From Calditrichia bacterium (GTDB lineage Bacteria > Calditrichota > Calditrichia > RBG-13-44-9 > J075): 64,000 bases of DNA. Position numbers and translations under genes: made by a program. Position 1 is the first letter of the stretch. The number at the start of each line of letters is the position of its first letter. The notes below the pieces were generated by a model. The model saw only the letters and a list, made by a program, of their open reading frames with translations. It made no database searches and had not been told where the DNA came from. The stretch spans positions 2,359,272 to 2,423,271 of the forward strand of contig JACKAQ010000001.1 in assembly GCA_020634975.1 (NCBI GenBank). Direction: 5' to 3'. Of the stretch, positions 1 to 9,654 are shown one piece after another.

Positions 1-59
1 CTATCAATCAAAGGTTGTACAACTATAAATAATTAGAAGCTATCTCAAAAATAGGTAAA

Positions 60-900
60 TGATGTATTAAATTAGGCTCACTGTATAAAAGAAGAGGTGA
101 GCGATGGAACTCAAAGACGAACAATGGGCAGTCATTGAACCGCATATTCCTGTTATTCCCGCACGTGAAGATAGGCGTGGTCGCCCTCGCAGATCATCGC
201 GTGAAATCCTGGATGCGATACTATGGGTTCTTCGAACCGGGGCACCCTGGAAAGACTTGCCCGATCGATATCCGCCATACCAAACCTGCCACCGCCGTTT
301 CCAGGAATGGGACAGCGCCGGTGTCATGGACACGATACTGGAAGCCTTGGCTAGAGACCTCAAGGAACGCGGTAAACTGGATTTGACGGAATGTTTTATT
401 GACGGCAGTTTTGCGCCGGCAAAAAAAGGGGCCCAGGTGTTGGGAAAACCAAGCGGGGCAAGGGTTCGAAGCTCATGGCAGTGGCAGACGGTGCTGGTCT
501 TCCTATCGCCGTATGCGTCACGAGTGCTAGCCCACATGAGGTCAAACTGGTAGAGCAAACGCTCGAAAAAAGGTTTATTGAAGAAGTTCCGGATTTGCTG
601 ATTGGCGACAAGGCATATGATAGTGACCCGCTCGATCAACGACTTGCTGAAAAAGGAATTGAAATGATTGCGCCTCATCGCTCGAATCGTAAAAAGGCGG
701 CGACTCAGGATGGCAGAAAATTGCGGCGCTATAGGCGTAGATGGAAAGTTGAACGACTTTTTGCCTGGCTGCAAAACTTTAGAAGGCTGGTGGTTCGATA
801 CGAACATAAACTTGACAATTACCTGGCTATGGTTAAACTGGCGTGTAGCCTGATTTTACTCAAAAGGTATTTTTGAGATGACTTCTAGTATTCTCAACCA
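60..900 (+). mobile_element. IS5-family (IS427-group) insertion sequence; boundaries approximate
   Basis: Two overlapping transposase ORFs (104-553 in frame +2, 475-876 in frame +1) joined by an A7G slippery run at 421-428. The fused reading gives ...FAPAKK|[23 protein letters not shown]..., the conserved GKTKRGKG motif region of IS427-like OrfAB. Terminal inverted repeats could not be defined by eye. Confidence 0.55.
104..876 (+). CDS. IS5/IS427-family DDE transposase OrfAB (orfA 104-553, orfB frame to 876, programmed -1 frameshift)
   Basis: N-terminal HTH region ([28 protein letters not shown]) and C-terminal DDE part (DKAYDS...[16 protein letters not shown]). RBS gaggtga lies 6 nt upstream of ATG 104. 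The A AAA AAG slippery heptamer sits in the overlap. Confidence 0.85.
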
Positions 901-1264
901 GACTGAACTTGTACACCGGTTCTGGTGTTGTACCTCGAGCATGCATTAGTTCAGCGGCTTTTTACAAATGGCGCTCCAAATGGGGGTATGACTGTTTCGT
1001 TAATGGCACGCTCAAAGAATTGGAAACGGAGAATCGTCGTTGATCTGCTTCATGGAATCAAACACTTGAAAATTATGCATTATATTCAAGTACCCCGAAA
1101 ATACGGATGGTTAATTGAAGCAACACATACGTATAACATCAGAGAAGAAGACTGAAATTCTTAGTGAATATCTGGAAAACAGGGTCGCCGTATCGAAAAA
1201 GTCTTGACCTCTCAAAATTGTTTGAAGTGTTGTTTTTATTGAATTTAAAGCGTCTTTGATAGCC

Positions 1265-1354
1265 CTTACAAGGCGAGGGTCACTGGTTCGAGTCCAGTAG
1301 CGCCCACCATCAATAAACCCCGTAAAATGAATGTTTTACGGGGTTTTGTTTTTT
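1265..1354 (+). repeat. Copy 1 of a ~85-bp element: tRNA 3'-half-like sequence (T-arm ACTGG-TTCGAGT-CCAGT, acceptor 3' strand, CCA) fused to a terminator hairpin
   Basis: Aligns with 34224-34312. The T-stem carries compensatory changes (ACTGG/CCAGT here, ACCGG/CCGGT in copy 2). No upstream sequence complements the acceptor 3' strand, so this is not a complete tRNA. Confidence 0.6.
1318..1354 (+). terminator. Intrinsic terminator (CCCCGTAAAA-loop-TTTTACGGGG followed by T-run)
   Basis: Perfect 10-bp stem followed by TTTTGTTTTTT. Confidence 0.7.
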
Positions 1355-1653
1355 AGGATTTTTCCTAACCATACAAATTTTATATTAATGACTGATGTCA
1401 AGCATCATAATCAAACAGTTTGAAAATATTCAGACGTAACGAAAAACCTGTTTCAGTTGCGGAACGCAGATACGCGTTCCCTACCAACAAAATGTCTACT
1501 ATTGTAGGGTTCTTAAATATGCGAACTACATTTTCGTGACCGCGTAACATCAGTTAATGAATCGGAATTTATGTTAAAGAAAAAGTTATTTGTGTTAAAG
1601 TTTGTTAGCAAGAATGGCTAACTTCCACTATTACTATTGAAGAGAGTTGAAAT

Positions 1654-2562
1654 ATGAATAATAAAAGTATCAGACACAAGTCTATTAGCCAGCTTCATGA
1701 AACAATGGGCTTCAAAAAACCTACCCATCCGTTGATCACAATTATTGATGTATCCAAACTTGCATACGGTGAAGAACTCATTGGAACAAAGTTTACATCT
1801 GACCTTTATTGCATTGCCCTAAAAGACAAAAGTTGCGGGCTTGATTATGGAAGAACCCATTACGACTTTGATGAAGGCACTTTAATTTTTATGGCTCCCA
1901 ATCAGGTGTTTTCGGTTAACAAGGCACAGGCGCTAAATGAAGTCAAAGGCTGGATGCTGTACTTCCATCCGGACCTGATAAGAAACACTAAACTTGGCTC
2001 CAGGATTGAACATTATTCTTTTTTCTCCTATGCGGTGCATGAAGCGCTGCATTTATCAACTCAGGAAGAAGCAACCATTACTCAAATTATCAAGATGATA
2101 CAGGCAGAAATCAAAGAACGAATTGATAATCATAGCCAACGGGTTTTGGTCTCAAATATCGAATTATTACTGAATTATTGCACACGATATTACGAACGCC
2201 AGTTCAATACACGAACAGCACAAAATCTGGATGTCGTATCCAAAGTGGAGACGATATTGAATGACTATTTCAAATCCGGGAATTTATTGGAATTTGGCCC
2301 TCCTACTGTTCAATATCTTGCTAAGGAATGCTTTTTGTCGCCGGGCTATTTGAGTGATCTTTTAAAAAAAGAGACAGATAAAACCGCAAAAGACCACATT
2401 AACCACTTTTTGGTCGAAAAAGCCAAAAATCTACTTCTTGGTTCCGATGAAACGATAAGCGGTATCGCTTACACGCTTGGCTTTAACTATCCGCATTATT
2501 TCAGCCGCCTTTTTAAGAACAAAACCGGTATTACCCCACAGGAATATCGACGCCAAAATTAA
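1654..2562 (+). CDS. AraC-family transcriptional regulator (ligand-binding N-domain plus C-terminal AraC HTH)
   Basis: C-terminal GFNYPHYFSRLFKNKTGITPQEYRR matches the AraC-type HTH signature. Length 302 aa. Confidence 0.8.
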   Translation: MNNKSIRHKSISQLHETMGFKKPTHPLITIIDVSKLAYGEELIGTKFTSDLYCIALKDKSCGLDYGRTHYDFDEGTLIFMAPNQVFSVNKAQALNEVKGWMLYFHPDLIRNTKLGSRIEHYSFFSYAVHEALHLSTQEEATITQIIKMIQAEIKERIDNHSQRVLVSNIELLLNYCTRYYERQFNTRTAQNLDVVSKVETILNDYFKSGNLLEFGPPTVQYLAKECFLSPGYLSDLLKKETDKTAKDHINHFLVEKAKNLLLGSDETISGIAYTLGFNYPHYFSRLFKNKTGITPQEYRRQN

Positions 2563-2712
2563 TAAAAGGGTGCAATTTCCCCTCTTTTTATAGCATCACA
2601 CCAAAAAAATCCCAAAACTGTGTTTTTCTTTCCCGAATCTGTGTTAAGGACAGACCACTCATATCGTTATTTTGGTTCTATCAAAATATAACCAAATTGA
2701 AGGGAAGATATT

Positions 2713-3591
2713 ATGAGCAGAAAAATTCTCATCACAGGTGCAAGTGGCGGTATTGGCAAACTCACGAGCATAGCCCTTGCGGAAAAAGGAAATCAGGTAG
2801 TTGGTACGATGCGTTCGCTAAAAGGGAAAAATGCAGAAGCTACCGAACAACTGAAAGCTGCAGGCGTCCAATTGGTTGAAATGGATGTAACGGACATCGC
2901 CAGTGTTAATCAGGGGGTTGAAGCGGCAATTCAAATATTGGGCGGATTAGATGTCGTCATAAACAATGCTGGCATCGGATCGATAGGAATACAGGAGTTT
3001 TTTACTGTTGAAGATATGCACAAAGTTTTCGATGTCAATGTTTATGGGGTTCAACGAGTTATGCGGGCAACGCTTCCGCATCTCAGAAAGCAAGCGCAAA
3101 GTACCGTTATTCATATCTCAAGTGGCATTGGCCGATTGACATTTCCGTTTTACGGAACTTACTGTGCTTCGAAATATGCGTTGGAAGCAATTGCGGAAAG
3201 CTACAGAGCCGAACTTGCAAGCTTCGGCGTCGAGTCGTGCATTATAGAACCGGGTGCGATGCCGACAGAGTTTTTGGATGTTATGCTCCAAATGCAACCA
3301 AAGGATGAAGAAAGAAGCAAAGTTTATGGAGACATGATCCATATACCGCAAGCAGGCATGGAAGGACTTCAGCAAGTATTGCAAACAATTCCCGATCAGC
3401 ATCCGCAGAAGGTCGCCGATGCCATTGTTGACCTGCTGGTAATGCCATTCGGTAAAAAACCGTTCAGAACGGTGGTTGATTACACTTTCCTGAAAGAACC
3501 TGTTGAAGCATACAACAAACTATTGCATGACATCACTCAGCAACTTTATGCTGCTAACGGGATGGGCGATATGTTGAAACTTAACAAATAA
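2713..3591 (+). CDS. Short-chain dehydrogenase/reductase (SDR) family oxidoreductase
   Basis: TGASGGIGK Rossmann motif and YxxxK (YCASKYALE) catalytic motif. RBS gaagggaag. Confidence 0.85.
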   Translation: MSRKILITGASGGIGKLTSIALAEKGNQVVGTMRSLKGKNAEATEQLKAAGVQLVEMDVTDIASVNQGVEAAIQILGGLDVVINNAGIGSIGIQEFFTVEDMHKVFDVNVYGVQRVMRATLPHLRKQAQSTVIHISSGIGRLTFPFYGTYCASKYALEAIAESYRAELASFGVESCIIEPGAMPTEFLDVMLQMQPKDEERSKVYGDMIHIPQAGMEGLQQVLQTIPDQHPQKVADAIVDLLVMPFGKKPFRTVVDYTFLKEPVEAYNKLLHDITQQLYAANGMGDMLKLNK

Positions 3592-3596
3592 GGAAT

Positions 3597-4418
3597 TTGG
3601 AAATGAATAAAACAGTTTTAATTACAGGAACCAGCAGCGGCATTGGTAAAGCCGCTGTCCACTTGTTTCATGAAAAAGGCTGGAATATCATCGCAACCAT
3701 GCGTAGCCCCGAAAAAGAAACAGAATTCAATCATTTGGAGAATGTACTCCTCACCCGGTTAGATGTGCTGGATCTGCCATCAATTGATCAAGCTATCCAG
3801 GAGGGGATCACCAGATTTGGGAAAATTGACGTTTTGGTAAATAACGCTGGATATGGTGCCTACGGGCCGTTGGAAGCTTTCCCGAGAGAAAATATCATCC
3901 GTCAATTTAATACCAATGTCATTGGTCTGATCGATGTTACCAGGGCTGTTATCCCTCATTTCCGGCAGCATAAAAATGGGGTCATTGTTAATATTTCCTC
4001 TATTGGCGGAAAAATGACCTTCCCATTGGGTTCCCTCTACCATGGAACCAAGTTTGCCGTTGAAGGCATATCCGAAGCTCTAAGCTATGAAATGGCAAAG
4101 ATTGGCGTAAAAGTGAAAATCGTAGAACCCGGGATGATAGCCACCGATTTCGGCGGCCGTTCCTTTGACTTTCAAAATGATGAAAGTATGATCGAGTATC
4201 AGCAGCTGATTGCTGCTGTATTCAAAGGGTTTGAAAAATTCGGGGGCAATGCCTCACCTGCCAACATGGTAGCAGAAGTGATTTTTGCAGCAGCAAACGA
4301 TGAAGGTAATACGCTACGGTTTCGGGCCGGTGCAGATGCAGAATATCTGCTGGACAATCGACGAGAAATGAACGAGGACGATTTTATTGCAATGATCAAA
4401 AGCCAGTTTGATTTGTAA
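3597..4418 (+). CDS. Short-chain dehydrogenase/reductase (SDR) family oxidoreductase
   Basis: TGTSSGIGK and NNAG motifs plus YHGTKFAVEG catalytic Tyr/Lys. Starts 5 nt after the previous SDR gene, so likely an operon. Confidence 0.85.
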   Translation: MEMNKTVLITGTSSGIGKAAVHLFHEKGWNIIATMRSPEKETEFNHLENVLLTRLDVLDLPSIDQAIQEGITRFGKIDVLVNNAGYGAYGPLEAFPRENIIRQFNTNVIGLIDVTRAVIPHFRQHKNGVIVNISSIGGKMTFPLGSLYHGTKFAVEGISEALSYEMAKIGVKVKIVEPGMIATDFGGRSFDFQNDESMIEYQQLIAAVFKGFEKFGGNASPANMVAEVIFAAANDEGNTLRFRAGADAEYLLDNRREMNEDDFIAMIKSQFDL

Positions 4419-4664
4419 GATAGCCTTGATGTTAAGTATATTAAAGAAAGATTCATTTCGCAAGCGGCTGCAATAGCCTGCGCATCAATGTGAGCCAAAG
4501 GTAGTTGGTTTTTATTTGTGGTTTGGGAATTTTGCAAAATGGCTGTGATTATGTTTTAAATTTTAGTTTGTGCAAACAGTTGTAAAACATCAGCAATTTA
4601 TAGTGTCGTTTTGCGATGGTAAACCGTGTTTTTGCATCATATAATGGTTTTAAGGAGATGATGG

Positions 4665-5651
4665 ATGAAGGCTGTCTGGTACGAAAAACAAGGTCCAGCA
4701 TCGGAAGTACTTATAGTAGGAGAGATGCCGGATCCCCAACCCAAAGCTGGTGAGGTGCGAATACGCATTTCGGCATCAGGTATCAATCCCGGTGATGTCA
4801 AAAAACGTCAGGATACATTTGGAATAGGGATGTCTTATCCAAGGGTTATCCCTCATAGCGACGGGTCTGGAATAATTGACAGTGTGGGGCAAGGCGTTTC
4901 GTTATCGCGTGTCGGAGAGCGGGTGTGGTGTTTCGGTGCGCAAAGCTACCGGCCATTCGGAACAGCCGCTGAATATACGGTGTTACCCTCGGAGCAGGCA
5001 ATACCACTATCACCAGATGTGTCTTTCGAACAAGGTGCTTGTCTGGGTATTCCCGGCATTACTGCTCATCGTGCATTGCATGTCGCAGGAGCAGTTAAAG
5101 AACGAACTATACTTGTGCAAGGTGGGGCAGGTGCGGTGGGGCAATGTGCGATAGGACTCGCCCGGCATGCAGGAGCACATGTAATCGCAACCGTGCGATC
5201 TGAGGAAGATAAGCTTATTGCGATGCGGGCGGGCGCACACGTTGTTGTTCGAACTGATGGGCGCTCAAAAGATGAAGTGGTTGAACATATCCACACATTT
5301 GCACCAAAGGGCGTTCATCATATCATCGAAGTTGCTTTCCATGCCAATGTTGAGATTGACGAGCAATTGCTGGCAATAGGCGGTTCCATTTCTGCCTACG
5401 CTACAGGGAGCCCAATGCCAGCTATTCCGTTTTGGCCACTCGTATTTAAAAACATACACATATATTTTATTGGCAGCGATGATTTTCCGGCAGAAGCAAA
5501 GGCCGCTGCTGCTGCGGATCTGAATAAGGCACTTGGGGGAGAGTGGCCGGGATTTGAAATGGTTGAGCGGTTTCCGCTAGATTCTATAGCAAAAGCGCAT
5601 GAACTGGTAGAGAGTCCCCTGCGAGGTGGGCGAGTTGTGCTGACGGTATAA
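4665..5651 (+). CDS. Medium-chain dehydrogenase (zinc-binding ADH / NADPH:quinone oxidoreductase family)
   Basis: GroES-like N-domain and GGAGAVG nucleotide-binding motif. 328 aa. Confidence 0.75.
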   Translation: MKAVWYEKQGPASEVLIVGEMPDPQPKAGEVRIRISASGINPGDVKKRQDTFGIGMSYPRVIPHSDGSGIIDSVGQGVSLSRVGERVWCFGAQSYRPFGTAAEYTVLPSEQAIPLSPDVSFEQGACLGIPGITAHRALHVAGAVKERTILVQGGAGAVGQCAIGLARHAGAHVIATVRSEEDKLIAMRAGAHVVVRTDGRSKDEVVEHIHTFAPKGVHHIIEVAFHANVEIDEQLLAIGGSISAYATGSPMPAIPFWPLVFKNIHIYFIGSDDFPAEAKAAAAADLNKALGGEWPGFEMVERFPLDSIAKAHELVESPLRGGRVVLTV

Positions 5652-5745
5652 ATTGCTCTAACCCAGAAAAAATAGGCCTTGAGTTAATTTGTTGGTAGTG
5701 TGTCATTTTAGATAAACATGTCATTCAACGTTGCTTGAAGGATTA

Positions 5746-8700
5746 TTAATTCACTCTGAAATCAAACTCCAGATTTTCTTGACGAGATGTCGGGGTTTGT
5801 TTGCCACCGGTCAACGTTTTGACTTGTGCTGTAACAAAATCCCGCAGTTCAGATACCACGATTTGTCCATCACCATTGCTATCCGCCGATTTCTGTTGAA
5901 TGCCGACCAGCACGGAATGAGTAAATACGCCATTGGCAACCCCCTGACCTTCATAAGCAAATTCTTCGCCCCCGGCGGCTGAAATAACCATGGCGCCGGA
6001 GCCGCGGTTCAGGTTGGCAAAAAGATTTTGCATCAGTTGAAACGAATTGCTTAAGCCTACCTTCTTTTTCAGGCCGATGACCTCTAAACCCCGGAAAGAA
6101 CGAACTTTTACGTTGTTGTCAACGATGTTTGTTTTTGCAGCGAGTATTGTTTCATCACGGTCCACTTCACCAGAATGACAGGCATCAATCATCATCAATT
6201 TTTTGCGTGCGGGAATGCCATCCAAAAGACCCTCCAGCATTTCGTATGGCAGCCCGTTTTCAGCAGGATTGCGGAAATCAATATCGGTAGTTGCCAGATA
6301 GTAGTTCAGATCCGCATCCAGCAGTCCGTGCCCGGCAAAAAATAAAACGACAACATCATCCACCCGGCTTTTGGACAGATTTTTTTTCACGTTTAAAACA
6401 TTCTCAAGCGTTGCCTCGCTATTTAACAATTTGATGGGATATATGTTTTGAAACGTTCCGGAATTCCCGGACAAAAGGGTCTCCAAATCGATAGCGTCTT
6501 TTGCAGCGTATTCCAGATTGAAGCGCTCATCCTGATATTGGGAAACACCGATGGTCACAAGATAGAGATCCGCCGGGGCTTGTGTGCCGGTGTAAACAGT
6601 TTCAAATGTTTCCCGCAGGGACTCTGCTCCGCGCTGATTTACCACTGAAAACTGAATCTTGTTGCGCCCGTTCGATAGTGTCAGTTCAATTTGTTCAACA
6701 ATCGACTGGGTATTGCGCGAACGCAGATCCAGACCACTGCTGCCATAGATGGGAACATCGTTCACATAAACATGCAGACGATCCAGATTGTACAAATTGT
6801 CCACGGCGCGTAGCTGAAATGTCAATTGTTTATTTGTGGTCGTAAGGGGAATTTTCGATGAATGCAGAGAAATTTCCGGCAGATGAAAATCACTCCCGAG
6901 CATTTCTTCGGTAAAATTCATTTTTCTCAGACGTTTTTTATAGGCTTGATGATAGGCTTTGACGAGTTCCGGTGACCCGTACCCCAATGTTTCAACAACC
7001 ACATCGGGACGATTCAATCTCAGATCAAATTGTTCGAAGGGATACAGCTTGTTATCGACGCGAAATGCCACGCCTTTGTGTGCATTTTTCGAAGCCTGGT
7101 AATGGAAATCAGAGGTAATCGAGATATAATCTTTTTCGCCAATGGCAACGAGCGATGCAATCTGATCGCCGGTTGTCGTGTCGTGAATTTTGGCTTTTCC
7201 ATCCCAGCCACCAATAGCCATATATTTGCCATCGCCGCTCACGCTTGCTGCTGTCAGGGTTTGGGGCTGTTTCTCGCCGGATATGATTGTTTCGCCGGTT
7301 GAGCGGTTGTAAATCATGCATCTGCCATCACCGGTAGAAATCAGCAGGCGTTTACCATCAGAGCTGAAATGCAGGGAGGTAATCCAGATGCGATCGGTTT
7401 GAATAATAGTTGGTTTTTCACCGTACTGAATATCCCAAATATCGACCTGTCCGTGAGCGTTTCCATAGGCAAATTCTTTGCTGTCGGAACTAAAATCGAT
7501 GGCATACAGAGATTCATTTTGCGGCAAATTCAAGGATAATAGCGGGAGATGATCTTTGATATCCCAAACCCGAACGCTTCCATGTTTACCCGCTGTGCCC
7601 AACAGCTTGCCATCCGGACTGATTCGGACGGCAAATATCCCGCCATCATATTCATCAAAAAGATGGATCTGCTGACCATTGTCGGGATTCCATATTCGCA
7701 CAGTATTATCTGCGCTTCCGGAAGCCAGCATCTTGCCATCCGGACTGAAACTCAGGGAGTAAATCCCGTTGCTGTGACCGGTTAAGGCGCGAATTTGCTT
7801 ACCGGTTTTCCAATCCCACAACGTGATGTTGCCATCGGTTTCCCCGATCGCCAGCATTTTGCCATCGGAACTAAATGCCATCGTATAAATATAGCCTGTG
7901 GCTATGTCAAGCGAGGTCATCAGTTGGGCAGTTTTGAGGTTCCAGATGCGCGCACCTTTTCTTCCGCCGATGGCGATGTAAGGCATTTTCGGGTTAAATG
8001 CAATTGCTTCGACAACCTTAACTTGACTGATAAAACGCCGCACCAGTCGATTATCGGAGGCATGCCACAGCGATACGCCATCACCGCCGATGGCGAAATA
8101 CTCACCACTATTTGAAAATCGGATTGCAGAACCGGCGAACCCATTGTCTAATTCTGTCGCTGTTCGATTACCGCTTTGCGAATCCCAGAAATGAATCTTG
8201 TTGGCAGCGTTGACAGTAACGAGATATTCACCGTTCGGGCTGTAGGTAAAGGCTTTGATGGGCGATGCAGCCATCGATATAGTGTGCACGGGTTGATCCG
8301 TTTCGAGCGACCAAACGTATAGCATGCCGGCATTTGTGAGTCCGGCCAGGTAGCGATTGTCAGGGCTAAACGTTATGCTTGTTAAAGCGCTGTCCGTCAC
8401 AAACAGATGGCGTCGTTCTCCGGACATCCAGTCCCAGACGATTACCGATCCCTCTGCACCACTTCCGGCAAGGCTCTTTTTGTCCGGACTGAATTTCAGG
8501 TTTACAACATAAATGGCAGGATCATAAAACGCATGGATGAGTTGCGATTTCGTCAAATCCCACATGTTCGCCGCCCCCCGGGCTGCGGTCGCCAGATATC
8601 TGCCACTCTCCGAAAATTGCACTGATGAAATGTATGGAACATCATTTTGATGTTCAAATTCAAAAGCCCTTTCACCAGTCTGGATATCGTGGACATATGC

Positions 8701-9009
8701 TTTAAAATACCGGCTACCCATGGCAATATATTTTCCATCTTTACTGAAATCCACAGAGCCGTCACCTTCGAAAGTTCGATATTCCTGCCCGCTTTCGACG
8801 TTCCAAAGTTTTATGGAGCCCTCTCCACCAATGGTAGCAATCGCTTTATCATCCGGGCTGAATTCCAGTCCAAGAATGTGCGAGTGACCAATCTGAACAA
8901 CTGTTTCAATATCCTGAGCCGTTAGGTGGCTTATAGCGGATGAGAAAATGATTGTTAACGCTGCTAAAATAGCAATTGCACATCTGTTGAAATGTTTCCT
9001 GGATTTCAT
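5746..9009 (-). CDS. Secreted WD40-repeat protein (~14 WD40 blades) with a C-terminal caspase-like peptidase C14 domain
   Basis: N-terminal signal peptide (AIAILAALTIIFSSAISHLTAQD). Repeated WD motifs (IKLWN, VIVWD, ITLWDW, VRIWN, VRVWD, VDIWD). The C-terminal domain has FFAGHG (catalytic His) and IDACHSGE (catalytic Cys). Confidence 0.85.
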   Translation of the reverse strand: MKSRKHFNRCAIAILAALTIIFSSAISHLTAQDIETVVQIGHSHILGLEFSPDDKAIATIGGEGSIKLWNVESGQEYRTFEGDGSVDFSKDGKYIAMGSRYFKAYVHDIQTGERAFEFEHQNDVPYISSVQFSESGRYLATAARGAANMWDLTKSQLIHAFYDPAIYVVNLKFSPDKKSLAGSGAEGSVIVWDWMSGERRHLFVTDSALTSITFSPDNRYLAGLTNAGMLYVWSLETDQPVHTISMAASPIKAFTYSPNGEYLVTVNAANKIHFWDSQSGNRTATELDNGFAGSAIRFSNSGEYFAIGGDGVSLWHASDNRLVRRFISQVKVVEAIAFNPKMPYIAIGGRKGARIWNLKTAQLMTSLDIATGYIYTMAFSSDGKMLAIGETDGNITLWDWKTGKQIRALTGHSNGIYSLSFSPDGKMLASGSADNTVRIWNPDNGQQIHLFDEYDGGIFAVRISPDGKLLGTAGKHGSVRVWDIKDHLPLLSLNLPQNESLYAIDFSSDSKEFAYGNAHGQVDIWDIQYGEKPTIIQTDRIWITSLHFSSDGKRLLISTGDGRCMIYNRSTGETIISGEKQPQTLTAASVSGDGKYMAIGGWDGKAKIHDTTTGDQIASLVAIGEKDYISITSDFHYQASKNAHKGVAFRVDNKLYPFEQFDLRLNRPDVVVETLGYGSPELVKAYHQAYKKRLRKMNFTEEMLGSDFHLPEISLHSSKIPLTTTNKQLTFQLRAVDNLYNLDRLHVYVNDVPIYGSSGLDLRSRNTQSIVEQIELTLSNGRNKIQFSVVNQRGAESLRETFETVYTGTQAPADLYLVTIGVSQYQDERFNLEYAAKDAIDLETLLSGNSGTFQNIYPIKLLNSEATLENVLNVKKNLSKSRVDDVVVLFFAGHGLLDADLNYYLATTDIDFRNPAENGLPYEMLEGLLDGIPARKKLMMIDACHSGEVDRDETILAAKTNIVDNNVKVRSFRGLEVIGLKKKVGLSNSFQLMQNLFANLNRGSGAMVISAAGGEEFAYEGQGVANGVFTHSVLVGIQQKSADSNGDGQIVVSELRDFVTAQVKTLTGGKQTPTSRQENLEFDFRVN

Positions 9010-9654
9010 GTTTTTTTCCTGTTTTGGTGTTGTGTAACAACACTTTGTGGGTTATACACCATGCGAAATAAGCGCCTTAATTCCGGCAAATCAAAGTGTA
9101 GCGCAAATATTAACCCAGTCACAACGTTCTTAAGATGTTGAGGTGCGCATGGTGTGATTAAGAAATTGCTATGTGGAATGCGCTTTATGTTATCATCTAC
9201 TGTGAGGTAATGTTATAAAAAGAAATGCTAACAAACAAGTTGTATCACTTGGGTGCGATATTTTTCATCGAAATACCGTTCATTTTTCATCGTGACAACA
9301 TAACACGTCAGGTTTAAGTATTCACCCAATAGGTTATCGTTTAGGACTACGTTTTAAGATACAGATGGATCGAACTCCAAAAGTTCATTCGATTTTGTTC
9401 AGTAAGCATTTAGCGCAATGCCAATATTAGTTTGCAGTTTGTTTCAGCGTATTTCACAAAAGTGGTTGATTTACAGTTGGGGTTGGCAAAACCTTCAGAG
9501 TTTATTATCTTATTAATGACTGGATGTTCATTTTTTCACTATTTCCTGCATAGTTGAGACCCTTTACAATGATTTGTTCATATCTTTCTACCTGCGGCGC
9601 AAAAAAGATCGTTCTATTTTTATGACTACTGCTGGATATACTCACAAATCTGCT

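Noticed and set aside
67-807. 246-aa ORF on the minus strand
   Set aside because: Entirely antisense to the IS transposase OrfAB, which has clear family motifs and a frameshift site. No motifs of its own.
925-1155. 76-aa ORF between the IS and the tRNA-like repeat
   Set aside because: No recognisable motif or RBS. It may be real, but there is nothing to support it.
1245-1318. Possible complete tRNA or tmRNA 3' end at both repeat copies
   Set aside because: Neither copy has a 5' strand complementary to the acceptor 3' strand (GGGCGCT / GGGCAAT absent within 90-360 nt upstream), and there is no plausible D-arm or anticodon arm. A candidate tmRNA 5' end (GGGGGTA at 982) does not pair with the 3' acceptor.
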